A stretch of DNA of 61,613 bases, counting the filler, from an uncultured Clostridia bacterium (GTDB taxonomy: Bacteria > CAYTYR01 > UBA6262): assembly GCA_964441745.1 (NCBI GenBank). It is 5 parts of 5 records of this genome, joined end to end, with 100 filler letters (N's around TTAATTAATTAA, not from the genome) between each part and the next. Parts side by side here need not be neighbours in the genome. Positions count along the whole stretch, not along the records: positions 35,745 to 48,474 come from CAYTYR010000034.1; 4 more parts are not named here. One strand, 5' to 3'. The notes beneath the pieces were generated by a model, which saw nothing but the letters and a program-made list of their open reading frames with translations, made no database searches and was not told where the DNA came from. The translations under genes and the position numbers were made by a program. Shown here in pieces: positions 35,822 to 45,738 of this stretch; within the stretch, counting starts at the first letter, position 1; every line of letters begins with the position of its first letter.

Positions 35822-36919
35822 TTAGATATTGCTCTTAATATATTCGCCAAAAATAGGATCGAGTATTTGGAAATTACCATTGTCCTGGCGTTTCACCAGC
35901 CCTTTGTCATGTAAGCGGTAGAGGAAGTTTTTTATATTGGCTACCGGGAAGTTTTTAGCATGCTTTTCCACGATCATTATCCTTCTAATCTCACTTTGCG
36001 GCAATGCTGCTTTAGCCTCCGCCAGTACTAACAATACTTCTTTTTCCCTGTCACTTGCTCGTTCGAATAAGCTTTGGAAATAATCCTTGCCCAGTTCACG
36101 CAATGTAGTCTTAAAAGCAGGCAGCCATTCGCTCATAGTCACTTTGCCCTGTAACTGGGCTGCGAAAAGATGGCTGGCTAGTAATTGCAGTTCATAGGGA
36201 TGTCCCTGGGTATAACGGTATATTTCATTAATGATCGCCTGGTCAAAAGACACGCCAGAATCCTGAAGCGTACTAGAGATCACGGCGTGTGCCTCGGCAG
36301 GAGTTAAATTGCCGATCATTTCCCGGCGGCGGAAGAAACGCCCAACCGGGTCATGTTTATTGATGAAATTCTCCCAACCGTCAGTGGTAGAGGCCAGCAC
36401 AAATAAATACCTAGTCTGCGTAATTATTTCTTCCTTGCTCAAGACCGCGCGCAGCAGATCAATAACGACAGAAACGCTGGCCAGGTTTTGTACATCATCC
36501 ATCAAGACAACTGCTAGTTTGGTTTTCAGTTGCGGCCAAAGCTCCAGTAAATATTTGGTAAATAGTACCTGGGGCTGCAATTTTTGTTTAGAGGAGTTTG
36601 TTTCATTAACAGCTTGCGGAAAGCCGTTCAGTATTTCTTGCATGATCAGGTTAACTGCGGCAGTAGAAGAAGAACGTTCTTTGACCTGGCTGATCGGGCA
36701 AAAGCTGGCTAAATAACCCTGTTCCTGGGTAATTTTTTTAAATTGTTTAAGCAAGCTAGTTTTACCGATGCCCCATTGTCCGATAATAACCATGTGATTA
36801 GACCGGGTGGTCACTGCTTCTTCCATAGTTTTCAGGAAATGCTGGACCTGGTCTTCGCGTCCCCCGAATATTTTTGGTTCCCAGCCAGACTGGGGAGTAA
36901 ATGGATTAGGCTTGATCAT
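35822..36919 (-). CDS. AAA/STAND-like ATPase with C-terminal winged helix
   Basis: NPF.P...F.GRE, Walker A GQWGIGKT, Walker B VLMDDVQ, T.GHPY.LQ; AGGAG RBS before ATG 36919. Confidence 0.82.
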   Translation of the reverse strand: MIKPNPFTPQSGWEPKIFGGREDQVQHFLKTMEEAVTTRSNHMVIIGQWGIGKTSLLKQFKKITQEQGYLASFCPISQVKERSSSTAAVNLIMQEILNGFPQAVNETNSSKQKLQPQVLFTKYLLELWPQLKTKLAVVLMDDVQNLASVSVVIDLLRAVLSKEEIITQTRYLFVLASTTDGWENFINKHDPVGRFFRRREMIGNLTPAEAHAVISSTLQDSGVSFDQAIINEIYRYTQGHPYELQLLASHLFAAQLQGKVTMSEWLPAFKTTLRELGKDYFQSLFERASDREKEVLLVLAEAKAALPQSEIRRIMIVEKHAKNFPVANIKNFLYRLHDKGLVKRQDNGNFQILDPIFGEYIKSNI

Positions 36920-36978
36920 AAAAAACTCCTCAAAACAAGTTAATATCTTTCTTTTAGCACAGATAAGGATACAAATCA

Positions 36979-38706
36979 ATGAATTTAGATTATAACATTG
37001 TTATCGGCGGTAAAGCGGGCCAGGGGCTGCAGACGATCAGTGATGCCCTGAGCAAACTATTTTTGCGTGGCGGGTATGAAGTATTTACCAGCCAGGACTA
37101 TATGTCCCGGGTACGCGGCGGGCATAATTTTTTTATGATCCGGGTCAGCGACCAGCCTATCAGCGCGCAAAAACCTAAGATCGACCTGCTGATCGCCCTT
37201 GATCTGGAAACGATCGACCTGCATTGGCCTGACCTGGAACCCGAAGCCTTTGTCTTCTATGACGGGGAAAGCGTTCATCTTTCCAGGGAAGACAAAAGAT
37301 TGATCAGCATCCCCTGGGACAAGATCGCTTCGACGATCGGCGGGAATACTATTTTTGCCAATACAGTGGCGGTTGGAGCCTGCTGTGGCCTGCTGAATTT
37401 TGATTTAAGTCTCTTGTCCGGGCTGCTGCATGAAGTGTTTGCCAAAAAAGATCCGAAAATAGTTGAAACTAACATAAAATGCGCCGAGGCTGGGTTTGAA
37501 CTGTCCAAGAAACTGAAAAGCAAGGTCAGCATCAAATCCGGGAAAACAACCGGTAAAATGTATATTAACGGAAGTGAAGCAATCGGACTGGGAGCCATTG
37601 CCAGCGGCGTGAAATTCTATAGCGGCTATCCCATGACCCCGTCTACCGGGATCCTGAATTATCTTGCCGGCCAGGCGGATGAATTCAGTATTGTAGTTGA
37701 ACAGGCGGAAGACGAAATTGCCGCCATTAATTTCGTGGCCGGAGCAGCTTATGCCGGAGTCAGGGCCATGACTGCCACCAGCGGCGGAGGTTTCTGTCTG
37801 ATGACCGAAGGGGTCAGCCTGATCGGCAGTATTGAAGTCCCTGTTGTCCTGGTTCTCGGACAAAGGCCGGGGCCAAGTACCGGGCTGCCGACCCGGACCG
37901 AACAGGGAGACCTGGAATTCGCTCTTGCTGCCGGGCAAGGTGAATTCCCGCGTTTTATTTTTGCGCCGCGAACCCCGGAGGATGCTTTTTACCTGACCCA
38001 AAAAGCTTTTAACCTGGCGGATAAGTACCAGGTATTGGCGCTGATCATGAGCGACCAGCATTTGGCTGATTCAGGCTGGACATTGGCGAAATTTGATCCC
38101 GATAAAATAAAAATTGAGCGCTACTTATTGTCTCAGCAGGAATTAACAGATCTTAAAGAATACCGGCGGTATGACCTCAGCGAAACAGGAGTATCCCCGC
38201 GCACTATTCCCGGGGCCAGCCGGCACTTGGTCATTGCCGACAGCGATGAGCATGACAGCAGGGGACATATCACTGAAGATCTTTCCTGGCGGGAAGAGAT
38301 CGTCAAGAAACGGCTGGTTAAATATAAATATATGCGCGAGGAAATATCCTTGCCGCTAAAATATGGCGATAGCGCCGCTAAAACCGTGCTTATTGGCTGG
38401 GGCTCCACCTACGGGGCGATGAAAGAGGCAGTGGATATCCTCAATGCTAAAAACAGAAAAGTGGTAATGCTGCATTTTAATGAGCTTTGGCCATTACCGG
38501 CTGATTACCTGAGCCGTGAACTGTCGAAGTATGATAACATCGTAGCTGTGGAGAATAATGCTACGGCCCAATTCATGCGTATTATCTCCGGCCAGACCGG
38601 TATTTTGCCCACGCATAAGATCTTGCGCTTTAACGGGCAGCCGTTCTATCCGCAGCTAATTGTTGATCTCTTCCAAAAGGAGGTCCTGGAATATGGTGAT
38701 CGCTAA
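36979..38706 (+). CDS. 2-oxoacid:ferredoxin oxidoreductase alpha subunit (gamma-alpha fusion)
   Basis: GGKAGQG, SRVRGGHN, YPMTPS, QAEDEIAA, TSGGGF.LM.E, QRPGPSTGLPT. Confidence 0.93.
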   Translation: MNLDYNIVIGGKAGQGLQTISDALSKLFLRGGYEVFTSQDYMSRVRGGHNFFMIRVSDQPISAQKPKIDLLIALDLETIDLHWPDLEPEAFVFYDGESVHLSREDKRLISIPWDKIASTIGGNTIFANTVAVGACCGLLNFDLSLLSGLLHEVFAKKDPKIVETNIKCAEAGFELSKKLKSKVSIKSGKTTGKMYINGSEAIGLGAIASGVKFYSGYPMTPSTGILNYLAGQADEFSIVVEQAEDEIAAINFVAGAAYAGVRAMTATSGGGFCLMTEGVSLIGSIEVPVVLVLGQRPGPSTGLPTRTEQGDLEFALAAGQGEFPRFIFAPRTPEDAFYLTQKAFNLADKYQVLALIMSDQHLADSGWTLAKFDPDKIKIERYLLSQQELTDLKEYRRYDLSETGVSPRTIPGASRHLVIADSDEHDSRGHITEDLSWREEIVKKRLVKYKYMREEISLPLKYGDSAAKTVLIGWGSTYGAMKEAVDILNAKNRKVVMLHFNELWPLPADYLSRELSKYDNIVAVENNATAQFMRIISGQTGILPTHKILRFNGQPFYPQLIVDLFQKEVLEYGDR

Positions 38707-39544
38707 GGATTTTATCGGCGAAGAATCAGCTTGGTGTCCCGGCTGCGGCAATTTCGGCATACTGACAGCGCTGCAAAAGGCCCTGGTGGAATTAAACCTG
38801 GAGCCGCAACAAATTTTATTTGTCTCAGGTATCGGCCAAGCCAGCAAGCTGCCCCACTATACCAGGGGACATGTGTTTAACGGCCTGCATGGCCGGGCGA
38901 TCCCGCCGGCTATTGCCGCTAAGCTTGTTAATCATGAGCTAAAAGTAATTATTACTGATGGCGACGGCGGTACTTATGGAGAAGGTGGTAATCATTTTAT
39001 TCATGCTCTCCGGCGCAATCCTGATATTACCTTGATCGTGCATAATAACCAGATCTATGGCCTGACCAAAGGGCAGGCCTCCCCGACAACAGACCAAGGC
39101 GTAGTTACTAAGATCCAGGCGCATGGCGTACCAGTCCCGGCCTTCAACCCATTAGCTGTGGCGATTGCCTTAAATGCCAGTTTTGTCGCCCGGGGTTTTG
39201 TCGGGGAGCCGGAGCAGCTAAAGAATTTGATCAAGCAGGGCATCCAACACAAAGGATTAAGCCTGATCGATGTGCTGCAACCGTGCGTGAGTTTCAATAA
39301 GATCAACACTTACCAATGGTATCGCCAGCGGGCTTATAAATTACCGGTTGATTACGATCCTAAAGATAAGGCTAAAGCTATGGAAAAGGCAGCTGAATGG
39401 GGGGAGCATATTCCGCTCGGGTTGCTATATCTTAACCCGCGGCCGGTGTACGAAGAACAGATACCTATTTTAAAGAACGGCCCATTGGTGAAACAACCAA
39501 TAGATATTTCTAAAATATCCCAAGTGTTAGAGGATTTTTGCTAA
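38693..39544 (+). CDS. 2-oxoacid:ferredoxin oxidoreductase beta subunit
   Basis: WCPGCGNF, SGIG, LHGR, GDG TPP motif, YGLTKGQ.SPT, PCV.FN. Confidence 0.93.
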   Translation: MVIAKDFIGEESAWCPGCGNFGILTALQKALVELNLEPQQILFVSGIGQASKLPHYTRGHVFNGLHGRAIPPAIAAKLVNHELKVIITDGDGGTYGEGGNHFIHALRRNPDITLIVHNNQIYGLTKGQASPTTDQGVVTKIQAHGVPVPAFNPLAVAIALNASFVARGFVGEPEQLKNLIKQGIQHKGLSLIDVLQPCVSFNKINTYQWYRQRAYKLPVDYDPKDKAKAMEKAAEWGEHIPLGLLYLNPRPVYEEQIPILKNGPLVKQPIDISKISQVLEDFC

Positions 39545-39557
39545 AGGAGAAAGACAT

Positions 39558-40466
39558 ATGGAGCCAATACCTGTATTCCCAAATTTCCGGGAAATTAAAT
39601 TAGACGACAAGCGTTTGTTCGATAATTATTTTCGCCAAGTACAACCGCGTATCTCCGAATATACCTTTGCCAATCTTTTTACCTGGCGGCTTATTTTTGA
39701 TATTAAAATCGCCCTGTTGTATGAAAATATTATCATCCAGCTGGTAGACTCACATGGCCACAAGATATTCACGCCATTCATCGGTGGCATCCGGCTAAAA
39801 GAATCCCTAGACGCCTGCCTGAATTACGCGCGCAGCCAATGGAAAGAAGTACGCTTTGGGCTCTTTCCTGAGGACCAGCTGCAATTATTCAAACTTTATT
39901 ACCCGACCGCGCCTATTGCCATCGATTGCGACGCCAGTGATTATGTCTATAATGCCAGTGACCTGATCACGCTTAAAGGAAAAAAGTACGACGGCAAGCG
40001 AAATCATATCAGCCGGTTTAAAAAGAAAGTTGATTACACTTACCAGCCTCTTGATTCCAAACATATCAATGGTTGCAAAGACCTGCTGGAGAAATGGTAC
40101 CACCAGCATTGCGACTACTGGGAATGTTCGCTGTCCCTGCGCAGTGAAATAGAAGCCTGCAAAGAGGCCTTGGATAATTTCAAAAAACTGGGCTTATGCG
40201 GCGGGATAATTGACATCGATAAACAGATCGTGGCCTTTACCATAGGGGAAGAGCTGAATAAAAATACCTTTGTCGTGCATTTTGAAAAAGTAGATAGCGA
40301 TTATAAAGAACTGCCCGCGGTTATCAACCAGGAATTTGCTTCCCATGAAGCTAAAGATTATAAATATATAAATCGCGAAGAAGACCTGGGAGAGCTTGGC
40401 TTGCGGGCCAGCAAGATGTCCTACAACCCCGCGTTTTTAATAGACAAGTACTATGTTACTTTTTAG
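39558..40466 (+). CDS. DUF2156 (aminoacyl-transferase GNAT-like) protein
   Basis: SEYTFANLF.W, DYVY...DL..LKGKKY..KRNH, HFEK, INREEDLG..GLR.SK.SY.P. Confidence 0.85.
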   Translation: MEPIPVFPNFREIKLDDKRLFDNYFRQVQPRISEYTFANLFTWRLIFDIKIALLYENIIIQLVDSHGHKIFTPFIGGIRLKESLDACLNYARSQWKEVRFGLFPEDQLQLFKLYYPTAPIAIDCDASDYVYNASDLITLKGKKYDGKRNHISRFKKKVDYTYQPLDSKHINGCKDLLEKWYHQHCDYWECSLSLRSEIEACKEALDNFKKLGLCGGIIDIDKQIVAFTIGEELNKNTFVVHFEKVDSDYKELPAVINQEFASHEAKDYKYINREEDLGELGLRASKMSYNPAFLIDKYYVTF

Positions 40467-40508
40467 ACATAGTGATAGAGGGGTAAAGTGGTAGAGGGGT
40501 AGAAAACA

Positions 40509-41420
40509 ATGGTAGTTGTAGCGAATAATCTAATAAAAAAATATAAAGAGATGGTTGCGGTCAACGGCATTGAATTCAAAGTGCAAGAGAAAGAATGCTT
40601 TGGATTTATCGGTCCTAATGGCGCTGGCAAGACCACCACGATGAAAATGATCTATTGTTTTGTGCCGCGCACCAGCGGCGAGTTGTCGGTGCTGGGCCAA
40701 GATCCCAGTATCCATCCGGAACTGGTCAAGGCTGATCTGGGAGTTGTTCCCCAGGATAACAACTTGGATGAGGACCTGAATGTTTTTACTAACCTGACCA
40801 TGTATGCTAATTACTTTGATATACCTAAGGCCGTTGCCCGTACCCGCGCCAAGGAACTACTGGCTTTTGTCCAATTGACAGAAAAAGAAAAAGTGAAGAT
40901 CAATGAGCTTTCTTCCGGCATGAAGCGCCGGCTCATGATCGCCCGTGGCCTGATCAATGATCCTAAATTGCTTATCCTGGACGAACCCACCGTGGGGCTG
41001 GATCCGCAGGCGCGGCATTTGATCTGGGACCGGCTGCACGAACTGAAGAACCAGAATGTCAGCATGATCATTACCACCCATTATATGGATGAAGCCACGG
41101 AATTATGCGATCGTATAGCGGTGATGGATAAAGGCAAGATCATGATCGTAGGTAAACCCAAAGATCTTATCCGGGAACAGATCGGCGAGGAAGTGGTGGA
41201 GGTCAGGCTGCTAGATACGACAGCGGAAAAGCTAAAGCAGGATTCTTCCGGCTTCCCGGTAACTCTGGAAGAGACCAGCCAGAAATGTTATCTGTACTGC
41301 CAGGACTGCCGTCCGCTGCTTAATCATCTCGCCGATAAGGGATATAAACATATACTGCGTCGCCCCGCGACACTGGAAGATGTTTTTTTGAAACTTACGG
41401 GGAGGGATCTTGTTGATTAA
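40509..41420 (+). CDS. ABC-2 exporter ATPase (NodI-like)
   Basis: GPNGAGKTT, LSSGMKRR, LDEPTVGLDPQAR, TLEDVF. Confidence 0.9.
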   Translation: MVVVANNLIKKYKEMVAVNGIEFKVQEKECFGFIGPNGAGKTTTMKMIYCFVPRTSGELSVLGQDPSIHPELVKADLGVVPQDNNLDEDLNVFTNLTMYANYFDIPKAVARTRAKELLAFVQLTEKEKVKINELSSGMKRRLMIARGLINDPKLLILDEPTVGLDPQARHLIWDRLHELKNQNVSMIITTHYMDEATELCDRIAVMDKGKIMIVGKPKDLIREQIGEEVVEVRLLDTTAEKLKQDSSGFPVTLEETSQKCYLYCQDCRPLLNHLADKGYKHILRRPATLEDVFLKLTGRDLVD

Positions 41421-42177
41421 AGTATCGTCTCGCTGGGCCAAGGTCTGGTACAGGAATTATATTTCATTCCTGAAGTTTTTTTATGTGAACCTGGTCGGCA
41501 ACCTGGGTGATCCGATCTTATATTTACTGGCTATGGGTTTTGGCCTGGGCGCGTTTTTAGGGCAGATAGAGGGAGTTTCCTATATCCAGTTCCTGGCTCC
41601 TGGGATCATTGTTTCATCAGCCATGTTTGCGGCAGTATATGAATGCACCTTTGAAAGTTTTTTAAAAATGATACATCTGAAAACATACGATGCCATCATT
41701 GTCACTCCGGTAAATATTGAAGATGTGGTAGCGGGGGACATTGTTTGGGGTGCTACCAAGGCTATGTTTAGTGGTATTATGATGTTTGCTGTGATCGCTG
41801 CTTTTGGTTTGGTTCATTCCAGCTGGTCATTATTTATTCCATTATTGATCTTCCTGGTTGGTTTCCATTTCGCCAGTTTCGCCATGCTCATTACGGCTTG
41901 GGCTCCGAATTTTGATTATTTCAGCTATTTTCTGGAACTGGTCATTACGCCACTGTTCTTTTTTTCCGGTATTTTTTTCCCGTTGAGCCAGTCACCTGGC
42001 TGGTTAAAGGCGCTTTCGAGTGTTTTCCCCTTGACTCACGCGGTAGAGCTATCCCGCGCCCTGGTCATGGGCACGGCGCCTCAACGGCCAATAACTAATA
42101 TGCTATTTCTAATTGTACCCAGTCTTGGGCTCTTCTATTGGAGTGTCTGGCGCATGAAGAAGCGAATGATAAAATAA
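41410..42177 (+). CDS. ABC-2 exporter permease (NodJ-like)
   Basis: Six TMs, Y..FLAPG, P.FFFSG.FFP, PLTHAV. Confidence 0.88.
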   Translation: MLIKVSSRWAKVWYRNYISFLKFFYVNLVGNLGDPILYLLAMGFGLGAFLGQIEGVSYIQFLAPGIIVSSAMFAAVYECTFESFLKMIHLKTYDAIIVTPVNIEDVVAGDIVWGATKAMFSGIMMFAVIAAFGLVHSSWSLFIPLLIFLVGFHFASFAMLITAWAPNFDYFSYFLELVITPLFFFSGIFFPLSQSPGWLKALSSVFPLTHAVELSRALVMGTAPQRPITNMLFLIVPSLGLFYWSVWRMKKRMIK

Positions 42178-42184
42178 AAAAAGG

Positions 42185-42294
42185 AAACCTCCCAAGGGGT
42201 AACAGTAAGGCCGAAGCTTTAGATTTTACGGAGTAAAATCGCCGGCCGAACGCAATAGGGGCGGGAGCCCCTTTGAGCAGGGTTTGGGAGGTTT
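42185..42294 (+). other. Structured intergenic element (multi-stem) before the aldolase operon
   Basis: AAACCTCCCAA/TTGGGAGGTTT outer stem; GGCCG/CGGCC, GATTTTAC/GTAAAATC and AGGGGC/GCCCCT inner stems. Confidence 0.6.
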
Positions 42295-42309
42295 ACAGGA
42301 GGGAACATA

Positions 42310-43260
42310 ATGTTCAGGGATAAAATTAAGGTATTAGATTGTACCATCAGGGATGGGGGCTTGATCAATAATCATGATTTTGATCACCGCTTTGTGCGCG
42401 AAGTGTACAAGGCATTGTCTGAAGCCAAGGTTGATTACATGGAGATAGGATATAAGAATTCCAAACGGCTTTTTAGTACCAAGGATTACGGTATTTGGAA
42501 ATTCTGCGAAGATGATGATATCAGGAAAGTCATTGACGGGATCGAATCAAACACCAAGATCTCGGTCATGGTGGATGTGGACCGGGTGGATATTGAAGAT
42601 ATTAAGCCGCGCAAGGACAGTCCGGTCGCGATGATCAGGGTAGCCTCTTATGTCAAAGACATTGATAAAGCAATTTTTCTGGTAAATCATTTTGCCGACA
42701 AAGGCTATGAGACCACCGTGAACATTATGGCTATTTCGCGGGCACTGGACAATGAACTGACCGAATCTCTGACCCAGCTGGAAAAAGAGTGCAAGGCCAA
42801 TGTTATCTACATTGTAGACAGCAACGGCGCGCTATACCAGGAGACCACGGAATTTCTCATTAAGAAAGCCAAGAGCATAGTTAAGACCAAAGAAATAGGA
42901 ATACATGCCCATAATAACCAGCAATTGGGCTTTAGTAATACCATAGAAGCTATCATCCACGACGCTAATTATGTGGACGGCACGATTTACGGATTGGGCC
43001 GGGCCGCTGGCAACTGTCCGCTGGAGCTGATCATGGGTTTCCTGAAAAATCCCAAATACGATATCCGGCCGATATTGGATGTGATTTCCAAGGAATTCAT
43101 TCCCCTGCGGGATAAAATAGAATGGGGCTATATCATACCGTACATGATCACTGGCCTGCTGGACGAACATCCGCGCGTCGCCATGGCTTTGCGCAACGGC
43201 AAAGAAAAAGAAAATTACCGCGAATTCTATGAAAGCCTGGTTGGCACGGATGAGGAGTAG
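42310..43260 (+). CDS. DRE-TIM metallolyase (HMGL-like aldolase catalytic domain)
   Basis: DCTIRDGG, VDS.G, H.HNNQQL, G.GR.AGNCP.E. Confidence 0.85.
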   Translation: MFRDKIKVLDCTIRDGGLINNHDFDHRFVREVYKALSEAKVDYMEIGYKNSKRLFSTKDYGIWKFCEDDDIRKVIDGIESNTKISVMVDVDRVDIEDIKPRKDSPVAMIRVASYVKDIDKAIFLVNHFADKGYETTVNIMAISRALDNELTESLTQLEKECKANVIYIVDSNGALYQETTEFLIKKAKSIVKTKEIGIHAHNNQQLGFSNTIEAIIHDANYVDGTIYGLGRAAGNCPLELIMGFLKNPKYDIRPILDVISKEFIPLRDKIEWGYIIPYMITGLLDEHPRVAMALRNGKEKENYREFYESLVGTDEE

Positions 43261-43273
43261 GGGAAGATAATAT

Positions 43274-43900
43274 ATGGACATAGCCAAATTCAAACAACAG
43301 CCGATCATGGGCATTATGCGCGATGTAAGCATGGATATTCTTGATCCTTTACTGGAAACCGTGATCGATAGCGGCTTAAAAACTATTGAAATTACCATGA
43401 ATACAAAGAACGCGGAGCAATTGATCCGCCAAACCGTGAAAAAGGCTGCCGGACGTTTGACGATCGGCGCTGGTACGGTCCTTGACCTGGAGACCCTGCA
43501 AGCCGCATTGCAGGCAGGCGCCACTTTCATTGTGATGCCGACCTTGGTGCCGGAAGTAGTGCAATATTGTGTTACTAATAAGATCCCGGTGTTTCCCGGG
43601 GCCTTAACCCCGCAGGAAGTATTTAATGCCTGGCGATCCGGCGCCACGATGGTTAAAGTTTTTCCGGCCAAAGCTTTTGGCCCGGAATATTTCAAAGAGC
43701 TTAAGGGCCCTTTTAAAAATATTGAACTGCTGGCGTGTAGTGGTGTTACTCCCGCAAACTTAAAGAAATATTTAACCAATGGCGCGAGTGCGGTAGCCTT
43801 TGGCTCAAGTGTTTTCCGTCAGGATTGGCTGGATAACCGGGAATTTCCCAGTATCCACCGGCGGATCAGCCAATATCTCGCCGCCCTCATTAATAGTTAG
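43274..43900 (+). CDS. eda: KDPG/KHG aldolase
   Basis: IEITM, GAGTV, PGALTPQE, VKVFPA, GP. Confidence 0.85.
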   Translation: MDIAKFKQQPIMGIMRDVSMDILDPLLETVIDSGLKTIEITMNTKNAEQLIRQTVKKAAGRLTIGAGTVLDLETLQAALQAGATFIVMPTLVPEVVQYCVTNKIPVFPGALTPQEVFNAWRSGATMVKVFPAKAFGPEYFKELKGPFKNIELLACSGVTPANLKKYLTNGASAVAFGSSVFRQDWLDNREFPSIHRRISQYLAALINS

Positions 43901-43970
43901 GCTTTTAAATCTGTGTAATCTCCGTAAAAATCTGTGTAATCAGTTAGCGGAACGAAGTGGAGCCTAACTT

Positions 43971-45650
43971 ATGTTTTTACCCACCACTAAAAAAGAAATG
44001 CAGGAGCTCGGCTGGGACAGGCTGGATATTATCCTGGTTTCTGGTGATACGTATATTGACAGTCCTTATATTGGCGTGGCTGTGATCGGGAACCTGCTGG
44101 CTAGTGCAGGCTATCGCGTAGGCGTGATCGCCCAGCCAGATATTACCGGCGGTGCGGATATAATGCGGCTTGGAGAGCCGGAACTTTTCTGGGGTATTAC
44201 TGCCGGTTCGATCGATTCAATGGTCGCTAATTTCACGGCTTCTGGTAAAAGGCGCCGGAAGGATGACCTGACCCCCGGCGGCGAGAATACCAAAAGGCCT
44301 GACCGGGCCACTATTGTCTATGCCAACCTGGTCAGGAGATATTTTAAAAATACCAAGCCTTTGGTCCTGGGAGGTATTGAAGCATCATTGCGCCGCGTTG
44401 CCCATTTTGATTACTGGGATGATAAGATCCGCAAATCCATTCTTTTTGACGCCAAAGCTGATATTCTGGTTTATGGCATGGCCGAGAATAGTATCCTGGA
44501 ACTAGCTGCCAAAATCAGGAATAATGAAGATATCAGTGAGATCAGAGGTCTTTGCTATATTGCGAAGTCTCCAAAAGCCAGATGCCTGGTTTTGCCTTCT
44601 TACGAAGAAGTGGCTCATGATAAGCAAAAATTCAGCGAGATGTTTCACCTGTTCTACCAGAACAATGATCCTTTAACTGCCCAGGGATTATGCCAATTGC
44701 AGGATACCAGGTACCTGGTTCATAATCCACCCAGCCAGAATATGAGCCGACAGGAACTGGATCATGTTTTTGATCTTGATTACCAGCGGGATGTGCATTC
44801 TTATTATAAAAAGCAGGGACTGGTCAAAGCCCTGGAAACGATCAAGTTTTCCATCACTACGCACCGGGGATGTTACGGTGAATGCAATTTCTGTTCGATT
44901 AGCGTGCATCAGGGCCGAACCGTTATTTCCCGCAGCGAAAGATCGATCATCCAGGAAGCGACGGCTATTGCCAAACTACCTGATTTCAAGGGCTATATCC
45001 TGGATGTGGGCGGCCCGACTGCGAATATGTATAGTATTGAATGTGACCAGAAGATAAAATCCGGCAGTTGCGCCAATAAAAGATGCCTTTTTCCCAAGAA
45101 ATGCCGGCAACTGGTCCTGGATCACCGGCCACAGATAAAGCTGCTGCAAAAAATCAGCCAGGTGCCAGGGATAAAAAAAGTATTTGTTGCCTCTGGTATC
45201 CGGTATGATCTGGTACTGGATGACCAGGTGGCCGGCCTTGATTATTTACGGGAGATAGTAAATCATCATGTTTCCGGGCAACTTAAAATCGCGCCAGAGC
45301 ATTCTGTGGATCGGGTATTGGCGGCCATGGGCAAGCCAGGGTCCGGATATCTGGTAAGATTCCGGGCAGAGTTTAACCAGTTGAACAAAGAAGCCGGTCG
45401 GAAGCAATTCCTGACCTATTATTTGATCGCGGCTCACCCTGGTTGTGAATTGGAAGATATGCGCGCATTAAAAAAGTTTGCCAGCCGGGAGCTTAAAGTC
45501 TTGCCGGAGCAGGTGCAGATCTTTACTCCTCTGCCCTCTACCTATTCGGCCTTAATGTATTATACTGGGCAGGATCCTTTTACCGGCCGGGATATTTTTG
45601 TCGAAAAAGAGCCGGGGAAACGGACGCAGCAAAAAAGAGCATTAGTCTAG
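43971..45650 (+). CDS. YgiQ family radical SAM protein
   Basis: GD.YID.P, DSMV.N.T, HRGCYGECNFC, GGPTANMY, SGIRYD, APEH, QVQ.F.P. Confidence 0.92.
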   Translation: MFLPTTKKEMQELGWDRLDIILVSGDTYIDSPYIGVAVIGNLLASAGYRVGVIAQPDITGGADIMRLGEPELFWGITAGSIDSMVANFTASGKRRRKDDLTPGGENTKRPDRATIVYANLVRRYFKNTKPLVLGGIEASLRRVAHFDYWDDKIRKSILFDAKADILVYGMAENSILELAAKIRNNEDISEIRGLCYIAKSPKARCLVLPSYEEVAHDKQKFSEMFHLFYQNNDPLTAQGLCQLQDTRYLVHNPPSQNMSRQELDHVFDLDYQRDVHSYYKKQGLVKALETIKFSITTHRGCYGECNFCSISVHQGRTVISRSERSIIQEATAIAKLPDFKGYILDVGGPTANMYSIECDQKIKSGSCANKRCLFPKKCRQLVLDHRPQIKLLQKISQVPGIKKVFVASGIRYDLVLDDQVAGLDYLREIVNHHVSGQLKIAPEHSVDRVLAAMGKPGSGYLVRFRAEFNQLNKEAGRKQFLTYYLIAAHPGCELEDMRALKKFASRELKVLPEQVQIFTPLPSTYSALMYYTGQDPFTGRDIFVEKEPGKRTQQKRALV

Positions 45651-45738
45651 TTACTAGCTGGATTATTCGCTTTACAGAACAATAATTCGTGCTACATTTA
45701 ATATATAAACCATCATTGATCACCGAAAGGATCCTGGC

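Noticed and set aside
42832-43779. 315-aa minus-strand ORF
   Set aside because: Antisense shadow of two well-supported aldolase genes; no motifs
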